Assembly: GCA_000934665.2 (NCBI GenBank)
Contig: JYFJ02000337.1
Location: 62,001-126,000, forward strand
Source of the DNA: Catajapyx aquilonaris
Lineage: Eukaryota
DNA length: 64,000 bases
Direction of reading: 5' to 3'
Shown here: positions 41,838 through 55,098 of the stretch, one piece after another
Numbering within the stretch: the stretch's first letter is position 1
Layout: each line of letters starts with the position of its first letter
Notes under the pieces: generated by a model
What the model was told of the DNA's origin: nothing
What the model saw: the letters and a program-made list of their open reading frames with translations, nothing else
The model's database searches: none
Made by a program: the position numbers and the translations under genes

Positions 41838-43734
41838 GGGGGGAAGCAGACACCGTTTTAGCACGGGTCATTTAATTTTTAAGTGAAATTAACTTGAATT
41901 ATCGCCAGCAGCGGAGGAGTATGACTGCAGGGTGGTCTGATGGTCACATTTCGGCTTCAATATCAAATATTTTATTTGTGTATTTAAAAAATGTCAAATA
42001 TTTCATTTTTGTATTTTAAAAATTTCAACTATTTTGTTGCACAGTAGACGAAACATCAACCCTGCAGAACTGACCACTTGACCACACTTCAACTGAACCA
42101 AGGCCAGCACTAGTCAGTTCCAGCCTCTTAATTGAATCGAATCGTTGGGTGTCTCCCCCAAAGAAGATGGCAGCCAATTATCACCTACTGTTGTGGTGCC
42201 CTGGCAAACAGGGTCAAGGTGAGTGAAAGACCCGCCGTCACCCATCTAACCAAGAATGCCCCCGATCCGTCAACGTCAGAGGGAAAGGAGAAGAGGAGAA
42301 GTCCCCTTAGAAGAAAACATGGAGGAGAATTCCAACCATTCCCTTCTCGTTAATTTCAGGCCCACGTCCGTCCCCTAAAATGCTTATATATGCTGGAAAG
42401 AAGTTTAAAGGTCGCGTGTGTGGGCTTCTCAGGATCGTGTGCAACACACGTGCATGCCGCTTCATTACCCAACCAATTTTCGAGTGTCTCTATTTCAACC
42501 CTCCCCTAGCTCAACTCACAACTGTAAAACTGCCTTATGGAATTTTTATATGGTCTCAGCTGCTGGTTTGATTTAAGTGGATTTCTGTGTATGATGTGCT
42601 TTTTGGAGGCTGCCATAAAATTAGCCGTCGGACTGGGCCTTCCTCAAGATAATACCACCTTGCGGAATTTGTGGGTTAGGGATAATAAACTGCTTGTGAT
42701 TCCAGTCTGAGGGTTGAATGGGCTTCAAAACCACGCCTGTTCAGAGTCGGGGCCGTCTTTATAGTATGAGCTATATCAAATGGCGTGGAGAGAATTTTGA
42801 AATATTGTTTTATTCTTTGGGGGCGTCGCGTCGGTTCCAAAGGTGGTAACCGCTTTATCACGTCTTTCCGGCCGTAAACTCCAATTAACGCGTCTGTAAT
42901 GGGTGAATTGATTGCTGATGGCGTAATTTTGGGCAGTGGAAAAAGGGTGGTCGGATTGGAAACATCTATTGATAATAATTTATATACGTCTCGAAACAGC
43001 TTACCAGCAGCAGTGTGTGATTACAAAACCATCAATTCGAAAGAAATTATCGTCTAAGTGTAATGAAAAATAAATACAGGTAATTGCAACAAACATCAAC
43101 ATGTTCATGACTGTAATCGCTACAATTTGCTACATTTAAATACATTTTATTTACGTAATTTATCAGGTCATTGCTGCCTTTGTGTGTCTCATATCACTTT
43201 ATTTCTTGCATTTCAAATACGTTCAACGTTTCTCATGGCCAACCCATTGTTGTTTAATGATGATTATTGTGCCAGCCTTGCTCGTAACTTGCTCCCAACT
43301 TGAAAGGTCAGACATAGAACCCACCGCTAATGCCTATAATGCCGAATTGTATGGCTCCTAAACAACTTCAATTATAAATCATCCCAAAAATATCCCCATC
43401 GACAACCCCCCCCCTACTATTTTCTGGTATTGTTTTAAACACCCATTTCCTCCGAAGCCCGATTATATAGAGGAAGGGTACCCGAAATTGGAAACCGTAT
43501 AACCTTTCCAACCCGCACATTTTGATCCCTTGCAACAACCGGAAAACACCCTTCAGTATAACTCGTGGCCAATGACTTTAGGCCATCGCCTCCCTCCCAA
43601 AAAAAGACGCGTGTGAAAATGGCCTTACCAACCCCCGAAGCGCCGGGAAATCAAAATTATTTACTACAACCTCACTTCCACCCCTCAACCCCCCAAACAA
43701 AAGCCTGGAAGGGACACACGCCTGTCAGCCTTCG

Positions 43735-43756
43735 CTTCTTCTTCTTCTTCTTCTTC
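43735..43756. repeat. (CTT)n microsatellite
   Basis: About 7 CTT units read directly. Confidence 0.85.
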
Positions 43757-46700
43757 TCCTCCGTCGTTGCCCTCTGATCAACAGACCCCTCAATAACCCT
43801 GTTATTTCCCCCCTCTTGGGAGGGCACTCCTTTGGGAGTTTACGATGACAGAAATGGCCAAGTCTTGCAGTCCTGACTGCAGGGCAAGAGTGGAACAATT
43901 TCTCCAAATGGGCCGTGATGCCTAGGTGTGAGTAATTTAATGGACACTTGCCTACGGTTTCTAGGAGGATCCGGATTCCCTTCTGGAAAAACGGACTGTG
44001 TCCCATCCACCATCGAAGGCGCATTATGGCTTGAAGGCTGCCAAGGACCCCTAATTACGCATTGGGGAAATCATTTCACGGTCCGTCCTTTTTCGCCAAC
44101 CTCGCCCTTTAAAGTATGGCCCCACTGAAAAGCGTGGGCAGGATCAGATATCCATCTTATATTGCAACACCTGCGCTCAAACATACACAAAAATTTCAAT
44201 CCAATTTTGGAAGCTTCAACTCAAATTTGAAACGGGGAAAAAAAATTCCGCTCAGATGATCTGACTTTGGTGGCATCTCCTTTGTCAAAGAAGAAGCCGC
44301 TAGCTTCTCATCCCATTATCAGGACTTGCTAAGCACAAAATTCTCCCTTCCGTCCCTTTCGGCTCATAAATGAAAGGCTCCCTCATCTACTACCTTGCCC
44401 CCCTTTCCACCAACTTGTCAGGGGAGGAAAAAGGTCCATGCCAACCCCTGGGCAGGTGCAGACCAAAAATGAAAAGAAAGAAAAGTGCAGCATGGGCACA
44501 CCCTTACTTGAAAAATCTGTTTGACATCACTAATATTGTTTATAGTGAAATTATCTGAACGAGATTCTCTTTTTTTTTAGATGGATCCTGTAAATTGAAA
44601 ACCCATGCCAACACCATTATAGACGTCTCCCCTTTCCTTTTTTCTGTATAATAATAATACAACAAGAGGACAGCTTATCTCCCAGGTAGGGGGTTTTTGG
44701 AAGTTTGTTGAACCTTTTTCGGCAATAAAGCGCGATGGGGAGTCCCTTACACGTTTGTCCTTCTCCCAGGTTTTAATACCTTTAGGATTTGGCCAGAAAG
44801 GCTCCAGTTTCCCTTCTCCCACGGTTATTTTGTTCATGTTCTTTCATACTGGTAGACGTGGTGAATTGGTGATACCGTATACTCCTAGTCGTTTCCGGTC
44901 GTTTCATTAGCTTCATAAACATGTGAATCATCATTTGCTACAATTTGCTCTCCATATGCTGGCACTGACACCTTGTAACCAGCCAGAAGGGGAGGCATTG
45001 CACGTTATAATCTATCTGAACCCTGCTCCACTTATGACTTCCTCACATGAATCATGTGAGATGGCCATTCAAAAAACATGGAACAACTCAGCGGAAAAGC
45101 GTGCCGATTTAAATGGCGGACAGCTTAGTTCGCCCATGGGATAATCGAACCATCACTTGAGGGGGCCACCGCCCTATTCAAAATTCGGCCATCACCGCCT
45201 ATCTCATTTCTATGCGTGAGAACAGACAGCAAACCCCCACCTAAATTAATAGCCGCAATTCGTCAACCTCTCCGTCTCAATTATCGTTCCATCTCCATAC
45301 TGATGCCTTGGGATAAGAGGTAGGGCCATTCCCACACACCTTTTTGGTCCGCTGTCCTGTAGAATTATGGTGGCCCCGTGGAATATGATCCGGACGTGGT
45401 ATTCGCAGGCACAAACTTTACCACTAAGAATTAGGGGGACCACAGTAATATTTTCCTTTTCCCAATTTTACGCCCTGGAGGTGCCAGCTCGTGTGAAGTT
45501 GGCTCTGCAAGGGGCCCAACCAGGATAATAATCTCGGTTGGAAATGCATGCCTGCTGATTCAGGATGGATTTGAAGGATGTGGAATGGTTACGAGGCTTG
45601 GGGCGGATGGACTACGTAGGACTCGTATTTAAACAGAGTTGTATGAATGCGGGGCCTTCAGAGATGAATCTGTAATTTGATCGTATTTATTCCTGAGGAA
45701 GTCATGTAGGATCTGATAGCAGCATAAAAAGGCCGCTTGTTATTTTTTTTTAAAAAAAAGTGATACCTATACTATCAGTTTATCGTGGATCATCATTCGT
45801 GTGTTTAAATATTTATATGTGCCGTATAATGAAGAAAAACTTGAATTATTATTATGTAGTCTTTTCCGAAACATGTGCACATTAAATCCATAATGATGCA
45901 ACGATGCAGCACAGTATGCCACAAATCTGCACAAAGCCGGTAATAATATTGCATGACTTACAATGATTGCCATGCAGCTTAAACTGTGGCTTCCGTGCAT
46001 GGATATCATCTATTAATTAAGTTACCTACAAATTTGTCTCACAAATTATAGAGCGAAGTTACGACACGTGGACGAATGGGGGCATACCTAAAGAATATGT
46101 GCTGTAAATTACATCAACCTGATCATCTTCAAATAAATTCTGAACGCAATCCACTTTTTTATAACCATAACGTGAAGCAGCTTTCACGTGTTTCATTACC
46201 GTTCGGCACTTTGATTAGTGGAAAAATGTAGTAACATATACGACCAGATCGACAATTAATCATTTTATGGATGATCGTGCGTATAATGTTCAATGAGGCC
46301 AAAAAAAGGTGTGGGCCTTCCCGGAAAATTTTGGGCACTTCTCCAGGCGCATTATGGGTTAAGGTAAATTCCCTCCTGGCGGAAAAAATCTCATTATACA
46401 ACAAAACCACAAAAAAAATCCTGAGGGGGGCTTCCGAACCACAAAAAAGGGGTTTCCGGACCAGACTCTTCAATTAGGGAAAAAAAAGACCGCTTCTACC
46501 TTGGACCCCCCAAAAAAACAGTAAATTATACTGAAAAAACTGGAAACCTTGCGAAATATCACAGGTAGGTGTCAGATATCACAAAACTGCTTCACCTGCC
46601 TCACTTCCTATCGCCCCCGAGAAATTACGGTTGGGGGCAATCCAAAATTCTTACCCCTGGAGGATGACGTCAAAAACAGCTGTCGGAACCAGTATGACAG

Positions 46701-49700
46701 GCTGTAATTACCACGTGGAGGGCTCATCTTCAGGTCGCTGGTCTCGAATTGACATACGCTAACATTCAATTAACCCCTAAGACGATGACTGCTCGAATTG
46801 CTACTGCATCCACGACTATAAAACCCTCAGGAATGCAAATCAAAAAGATGGTAATCTTCTCTCCCTCTTGGGTACAATAAGTTATGCCCTACCTGCACAT
46901 AAATCCTTTTCATTTATATTACATTTACCGCTGATTTAATCAGAACTCCCTGGTTAATTGTAAGTTCTGCGTGAATCACAAATTAGGGTTATCGTTCAGA
47001 ATAGCCCCATCGAAAAGGCGATGCTTGTAAATCTATCCGACACTGGGTGACAATAAGCAATAAATAGGCTCCTCCTGATCAATTGGTATGCCATGAATCT
47101 GTGAACTGCCATCATCATTATTCCTCTTTGGCGTTGTCATAAAGAATGGATTGACACTACGCACTCACGGCCGTTTCAAGAAGAAGAAAAAAAAAACAGA
47201 GTGACACGCGCCAAGGTTAGTGTCTTTGTCATTCTGCCCTTTTCGGCAATAAAACATGAGCGGCACCACCCTTGAAGTATTTATTTGCAGGTTGCACGAA
47301 CAAGGGCGCAACCCTGGTCGCAAGTCACACTTGGAACAGGTCCGAAAAAAAGGAAAATAAATGAGAGCGTTTTCTATCCGTACCTTCCAAGTCGCCATGG
47401 AATTTGCGGCTCGCAGGACAAATTCCTTGTTTGCAGGTGTTAAACGTATGGTTGCTAAACGCTCGTTAATATATGCTGGCACAAAAAGTGCAAATTACCA
47501 TATTTTTTGTGCAGGCCTGGAATGTCCATGACAATGCAAATCTGATAGTTTTTCCCCCTCAACAAGTGCGCTGAAAAAATTCAATAAAAAATTGGCCACT
47601 ATTTCCACGTCAGGGCTGGTCAACACCACATGTTTTTCTCAGGTTTGGCTATGTAAATCATCATTTAGCTCTGCTTGTGTCAGGCACAAGCAACACCCCC
47701 CTATATTTTTCTTCCTTGCCCCAATCCAAAAATCCAACTCCTTTGTCACCACATCCTTTATGGGTCGGAGAGCACCTTCACTGAAAATCACCTTGTTTAC
47801 TAGTTTCCAGGTAAGCTCCTCAGATCCCCCACCTGAAAAGCCTCGACAATGGACCCGTAACCCTCCGTAACCCCTCACACCCTTTTACATCACCATGCAA
47901 ACAATTTTTTTTGCCGGACCTACTTTTCGCGAATGTGTTTTGCATTTAGCACCCAGCAGATATAGTATTTTTATAGTCTGCAGATGGATCACTATCATTC
48001 AGATGATATTACTCTGGAAAAATAATTTAAGAAAAACAAGTGGGTGGAAAAAAAAGGTTACCTGTGCTGTGAGGGGATTGTTGCCACACGGGGGCCTTAT
48101 TCAGAATAAAGTTTCGTGACCGGGACTTTTCAATACACAGTCAGTCGGGGCGTAAAAGAAACGGGAAGCAAAGGGGGTGGTCCTGATTGAAAGGATTCAA
48201 CAAGGCGGACCTTTTTCTCCTACCTGTTTTGCTGGGTTGCTGTGATTGTGCTTCAAGTGTGAGAAAATTCTGAGGAGATGCTGCCCACACCTCTACGTGT
48301 GGGGCCCTAAGACGATTGTTTACGGCCACGGTCACCCCAAAATGTGTTTTTGCCACCAGGTTCTTGATATATTGAGAAAGAGTATGCATGGGCCGATTGC
48401 GTGTTTGGCAAGATATGTGCGGCCAAAGCAATTTGACAGGACCTGTCTGTATGTGGCCAACGTAGTAAAATTGGGCTCGATAAGATGTGTCAATATCTGT
48501 CAAAATGAAAGGTAAGCAGCCAAAGTCAATGACACTATTCTTATTTCACGTAACTGACTTTTTGACCCCATATGAACTTGGCCTCGTCTGACTTACTCTT
48601 TGTTCTATCCAGGCAGAAAAGGGCGTTCCCAGACATTTTCGGGACAATGAGGAAGTTTGGTTCGTCACGACCACCCGTTCTTTGCACCCTCTCAAGAGTG
48701 CTGCAGCATATGCCTTTGGCACAATGTTTGAGCAAGTGTGTGTTTAAAAGACAATCACTGTTTTTCAGAAGGACATTAGTGAAGTAGTGGATAAACATGG
48801 TAATTCTCAAAATGATTTCCTATACAATCAGGATATGTGATAAGGAGTGACTTGCGTCATATTGCTCAATAAAAATGGCACTGGAGCCACCAGATTTGTC
48901 GTTATCACATAGTGTACAGTACACTAAAGGTAATATCAGCTCAGTATGTTGTACAATTATTTCAAAACATGACCTTCGAAGTTGAACCCGATGCACTCGG
49001 AAGGAAATGCCAACATCTATACGCGTGTCAGAATCGTGCACCTTGTTATTCATTGTATTGCGCACTCTGTGCAAGTAAGTGAAACTTCTATTTAACTGAA
49101 ATCTACTAACGAAACCAGCAGGCTCGTCACTGTCAACCCTCATTTTGTCACCCAGATCGGATTTAAGTCCCTAGAAACTTTCCCTATAAATCTGTCCAGT
49201 ATAAAAACCGGCTCGTGACCGAGACCGTGGAAACTCTAGTGCACACCTGAATTGGCTTCCCCCCGAATGCTACAAAGTGGAACAACTTGGTATAGATACA
49301 CCAAGGCGGCAGGGCTGATGTCGGACAGCTTGTCTGGAGGCGGAAATAGTCGGCAATGACAAGCAAATCCAATGTTTCTCACCCCTCTCCTGTCCCTTTG
49401 CTGTGGTTCGGAAGAGCATGAAAAATTCCCGTCTCGAGTTTGCCATTATTGGGGAAGCAAAAGGATTGGGTCGCTTGTGTCCCTTTCACGATCCCAGGTG
49501 ATCCTATACATCCAATTGGCCCTCTCGGCTCATCCTTTTCTACACCCAAAAATAGCCTCGAGTTCCGCGTCCAAAAGAGACCCTTAACCCACTCTTTTCA
49601 AATTGAATCCGTTTTGGAGGCGCTCCCTGTACTTCGAATCGACAACACCTTAGAACTCAGGGAGGACAAGGATTCACCAGGTGTAAAAATGCCCTACCGT

Positions 49701-51540
49701 TGTCCACCCCTTTGAACTACCCTGATTCACCATTGGTAGGGGGGTAAACTATTGGGGAGAAAAATGCGGAATCACCTTACCGTTGCTGATGCTGACGATG
49801 ACAATGATGACAATACATCGAAGGATGCATTGTTGTTCCATTATGCACCTGTAAAGAATAATGATAGGACTTTAACCGACAGTCATTATTTTTTGTTCAA
49901 TTCATAATGGCTTATGCTTCCAAGTGCTTTTGTGACTAAAACAAGTTCAAAGTCACCAACAAGTGTATATCAGCAGAATACACAGCAGGTGCTGTAGAGA
50001 GCCACATATTACCACGAATCCAGATTTATGAAGTCCAGCCTACCCGCATATGTCCACCCAGTGTTGGACACGAGGCACGCAAAGCCATAACTATAAAGCA
50101 CGTCAAAAAGGACGAAGAAAAGAGTCCTGCTTGTTAGCAAAATTTTTGGGTGGATGCCTCTTACAAAATTCGAGCCAGATTCAAAAGTGGTCCGGTTAGA
50201 GATGTCCATATTTTACTGTCGACGGACCTCGAGAATTACGATGCTTTTAGAAGCAGTTGCTAAAGCTCCCGGTGCGTGCTTCCCACACTTCGATAGTAAC
50301 TAACAAGATTAAGGATTTTGCATAATGCACCGTTATGCTTCAAAGTCACGCTACCAACCACCGGGGTCGGTCCATCCCAAAAGTCTCAATAAATCTAACC
50401 GGCCAACGAGGCTCCACATCATTTGGGTGTCCTTTCCAATCGAGAATAACTGTATATTATACAGGGTGAGTCATAACGGCATTTCAAATGGGTTTTGGCC
50501 CGATATGTTGGGGCATGTGTTTTTTTTCACATTAGTTTTTGGCCAATCTTCTGACTCACCATGTACATGTCTTTCCGGGATGAATCAAAGACTAAGTGGA
50601 ATCTTTGAAATCAGGCGTCCCAATCTTCCCCAAAAACCGCCGAGCCCAACCTTAATCAAGATAACCGTCAGAATAGGACCCGACATCTCAGATGAGATAG
50701 GGGGGGATAAGTGGGTCCTCCTAAGAATTTTTGCCAAACAAACCTGTGGGGATGGGGCAGGAAATCTGACGCTACCTTTCCAATTTGTTGAGAAGAAGAA
50801 GAATGTGGGGCTTGTTATCTGCGCTAATTCAATTTCGACCCATCCACCTACCCACCCCCCCAAAAAAACATGCACCCCTTTCTTTTCAGGAACATTTTTA
50901 TGTAGCTCTGGGCGTTTCCTTCTACACCTGCCACCCTCTTTTCTTCAACTTTGTGAAGAAACAAGAAAGGGGGAGAAAGAAAAACACTGGCGTGCCTCGT
51001 TTCTTCGCCAGATAATCTTCTTACAATTTTTTTCTTCTTCTCGCCACCAAAAACTTCTGGCTTTTGTTTGTTGTTGGTATTCCGTGGTTGACACTTGACA
51101 TTCACTCAACTGGAAGATTATCTCAAAGCCTGGCTTTTGTGGGCGACTCCTGGTGCTGACTGCACTTTTTTGTGCTATCTGTCAATTTAGTACACCTCAC
51201 GTTTTTCATGTTTAATGTTCAAAATTTATTCGGGAGACTGGGCCATGTTTCAAAGGAGCTTTGTAGTGTTCCAGCCATGAAAACAGGCTGCTCCGCCATC
51301 TATGAGCATCACCCCACACTTCCAAGGAATACGGTTGGCTACGGTTTTTCCCTTTTTAAAACGTTTCACCGGCTAATATTTTATCTAGGGTGATAGTAAA
51401 TAATAATTGGTCAATAACATGCTTATGCAAACACAAATAATTATTGCGAATTATCATTTTGAATTAATGTAGTTGCAATTAGTTTGATTCAATATTATTA
51501 TTAACTTCTGCAAATTTTCCATCTGTTAAATCTGATCCAC

Positions 51541-51591
51541 GCGACCCTTCCTCCTAATATGGGTCATGACCCCATGTTTGCGAAACCGCTG
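51541..51591 (+). mobile_element. possible terminal fragment of a hAT-type non-autonomous element
   Basis: GCGACCC...GGGTCATGACCCCATGTTTGCGAAACCGCTG resembles recalled hAT MITE ends; no partner end found nearby. Confidence 0.25.
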
Positions 51592-54312
51592 TTTCAGATA
51601 GCGTAACTAGATTACCGTCCAGTGTACGGCGTCAGACCACATCTGACCTCGATAAACACTCCTCATTCACATAAACGGTTTACACGCGGTCAACATAAGC
51701 CTCGACCATCATGTTTAGCAACACAAGAGGGCCTCTATTGAGAGGGTGTTTCCGGCATCCCCCTGATGCAACTCGAGCGTGCTGTATCGTTGCTAACGTT
51801 TGCAGGAATAGGAGGTTATCGCACGGAGGTCGTGGACGTCAGGTTACGTACGGCTGCTGGAATGGAGCTCAAGAGCAATTTCTAATCCGCCACGAGTCGA
51901 TGTCGAGCGTGGGAAAGAGCGGCCCTTTGCGATGGCATGTCTGGCATCCACCGCCTCCTATAGCAAACACCATAGCCCATGCTGCGAAACAATCGGAGGA
52001 AATGGCAGGGCGAACTGCCTTGACCCCAAGCCATTGCAGACACATGCTGATGGATGCAATTACCAGGAATCGCCGCCTTTTTATTCCGACTTGTACTGGT
52101 CGTAAGGTGAATGCTAATGATGCGGCGGGGCTATTGAAGCTGGTCATTCGGATAATACCTGGCGAGGGGATTGAATCAAGCAAGATTGTACAGAGGGAGT
52201 CATAATGGGCACTTCTGGTGTCTCATTGCTTCCAATTTATGTTGTCCTCTCACACATTATTGCTAGTGCACTGGATATGGTTATGCGCAGTTAATCTATC
52301 AACCAGGCTGCTCGACGATGAAAAGACCCCTCGAGATTATGTAGCAAAAATATGAAATTTGCATAAAAATCGAGGATTCCGAGGGGAAGGTCAAAAACAA
52401 AACAAAAAATCCAGACTCCTTCCTTCTTCGACAGCACGCTGTGTCTACACGTCTTTACCGGTACTGAAAAGACTGGTTTTATGGAACTTGATTTCCGTGC
52501 CTATATGCCATCACATCTCGTAACTCTTACAAATCCACCACCCTATCTTTCCCCCTGACCAACCTGCCCGGTTGCATCTGGTGGGTGCCAATGGGACATG
52601 GTGTCCTTTCGCGAAACCATTTTCTCAAGGCATCTCATAATCTTTCCACATCACCACTTTCTGATGGTTCAGCAACTTTTCTTCCCAGGATGCTAAATAA
52701 TTATTAAAATAAACAGGATTGTCAAAGTCCTCCCCCGACCTCCAAAAGCCTTGGGGTCATCAGGGGGCGAAGGGCGACAGCAACCTGAACCCCCTCCAGG
52801 CAACAACCTGCTGCTGGGTTCAAAGCTTCTGAGAAAAAGGAAGAGAAAAGAAGCGCTGCTGCCACGGGAGAGCTACTTTCCCATGCTCCCCCCTCCACCA
52901 TCCTCTTGCTTACCATGGCCTCTGAGGTCTAGAAGGTTAGGGCCATGCGCAGGGAGAGGGGCTGGGAGGGGGCCACACTCACTCCCCGGCCTACTGCTTT
53001 GCCTTGCCCGCTCCCACGTCCTCGGGGACTGCTTCAGACTTGAAGCAAGGAGGCTGCCAGCCTCATGGGATTTTTCCCACACTCACACGCTCCTCGGGAG
53101 GTGAAGAAAAGTTGAGGCGCGTGCAAGGCCCATTGCAGGACCCGCCCACCTTCATCCCTCCCTTCTCTCTATTCTCTCTCACGGGGGATTCTTTTCTTCT
53201 CAGGAACTATAGAGAAGGTCACGTGATTAGGTTGGAAGGGCATTGTTACCGTCGGGGGGATGCTTCTAGAAAAAAAAAAGTGGGTCGACAATTAGGAGCA
53301 ACATTGTCAGGATGGAAATGTAGGAGTCTCGATTATCCGGACAGATGAGACGCCCGAATAATATCCGACAGTGGAGTGTACACCAGTAGGCCTATGTAGT
53401 TGAATAATGGTGCTCAACACTCCTACAATTTCATATAATTGCGCAATAAATCATTGCGACGGTACTTGTCGTGCATTCAGGTGTCATACGTACATTTCAC
53501 TGATATTCAACACACGTCCCAGATCCAAGACAATAGCAAGTGTATACGGTGATTATGATAAAATTAATCCCCAGCGCAAGGCCGAAGTCGCTCAGACTCA
53601 AGACTGTCAAGATCGAGGACACCCCATGTCAAAGCATGTTGATAGTCCCCATGATATACAACAAGTGATATCGACCACAAGGTCCAACCAACATAACTCC
53701 AGACCTCAACATATTTCATTTCCACCCTATGACACAACCATCTCAAGAAATTGCGATAAATATCACACCATTTTATTGCCGTCAATAACCCACGGTTGCA
53801 ATAAAAAAAATAGACAAGGTCACGCAAGGCCGTCCCTCAGCTGGCCCCCGCGGTTGGTGGTCCATCTTCTTTTTCTTCATCTTACTGAACTCCCCCATCC
53901 CATCCGACCTGTTTCCCACAGTAAAAATGCATCCAGTTCTGGAAGCTGGCCGGCCACACATGAGTCGTACGCCGACACACTCTTGGGTTTCCAAGGGCAG
54001 CCTCCCTTAACCACCACCCTTCCCGTAGCCCCCAAGTCTCCTTTTCCATGGAAAAACTCCCAGCAGTCTGAGTCTTTGTTTTCTTTATACCCAGCTTTTC
54101 TCACCAGCACAAACGTAAGCAAGAGGGACGTGGGTTCGACTCCAGGGATGATCAGGAGTTTCCCACGGGTTGTGGTCGCTCGACCCTTTTTGTTGTCACG
54201 CCTCCGGAGTGTGTTTCGGAGAGGGCACTGCCCCGTCGAGCTGACATGTGGATCAGCCTTTTCTTGGAAGATGATGAGGAATTCTACTCCATGTACCTAG
54301 TATAGTATATTA

Positions 54313-54489
54313 CCGTCAAACGTGGTTAGATTGTGCCAGCACATTTTTTGGACAACAGCGCGCCTTACCGCGAATTTTACTCATAATTGCCAATCGTGAC
54401 CTTCCCCCAATGCAGTAAAACATGCCTAAATTCGCTTGCTGCCACTGTGTCCAAAAAGTGCGCTGGCACAATCTCACCACGCTTCACAG
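54313..54489. mobile_element. 177-bp MITE, Tc1/mariner-like (TA target duplication)
   Basis: Terminal inverted repeats match at 36/42 nt (CCGTCAAACGTGGTTAGATTGTGCCAGC... vs ...GCTGGCACAATCTCACCACGCTTCACAG), flanked by TA at 54311-54312 and 54490-54491; no coding capacity. Confidence 0.75.
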
Positions 54490-55062
54490 TACTAGTGCAG
54501 AGTTCGAGACAGAGTTGGTCAAATTTACTGGGGCAACAATAACTCCATCACCAATTGCACCTTAATGACCTATTTAAGCCGGATAGTTCTGCACCGGTGA
54601 CTTTTGCACCGTCCGCCTTAAATTCCCACGGTCTTCTCCCAGAATACCACCGGATAAGATAACAGTCTTTGGTAGCTAATCGGCACGACAAGACGCATCT
54701 AATCTGGGTCGTACGCACAGCAACAGGTGGGCAGGTGGGCATTTCCGGTCGGAAGTTCGTTACCATCAATGGTCAGCAGGTGTGGTAAGAGGGGAAGCGC
54801 ATATGGGCAGAGAGTCAGTTGCCCTCTTTCTCAAGGAAGTACTTGTCGCAGTTGGGTTAGCAGCACCTTAAGGTCTACGGTATATCCAGTGGCACACTCC
54901 CGGTTTTGCCCCCGACCGGCTCCCGCTAATTTCCTCCTTCCCTTTCGCCCCTATGAAGAATCCTCCACCTCCATTGCCCTCCTCCACCTCCCCACCATGG
55001 ACTCTTCACCCTCCTCCTCCTCCTCCTCCTGGGCTGATTGGCGCTTGGCGAGATGCCTTCAG

Positions 55063-55098
55063 TGTGGGAAAGCTGAGGCCGCCCGGTTCTCACACGAG
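55063..55098. promoter_or_regulatory. Su(H)/CSL paired site (SPS) with overlapping N-box, upstream of deadpan
   Basis: TGTGGGAA (55063-55070), 16-nt spacer, TTCTCACA (55087-55094); CACGAG at 55093-55098; reverse CCAAT (ATTGG) at 55037-55041. Confidence 0.8.

Noticed and set aside
50325..51098. 257-aa ORF
   Set aside because: Homopolymer-driven, F/K/P-rich translation with no family resemblance
53407..54300. 297-aa ORF
   Set aside because: No recognisable domain or splice context, composition typical of non-coding DNA, and it overlaps regulatory motifs
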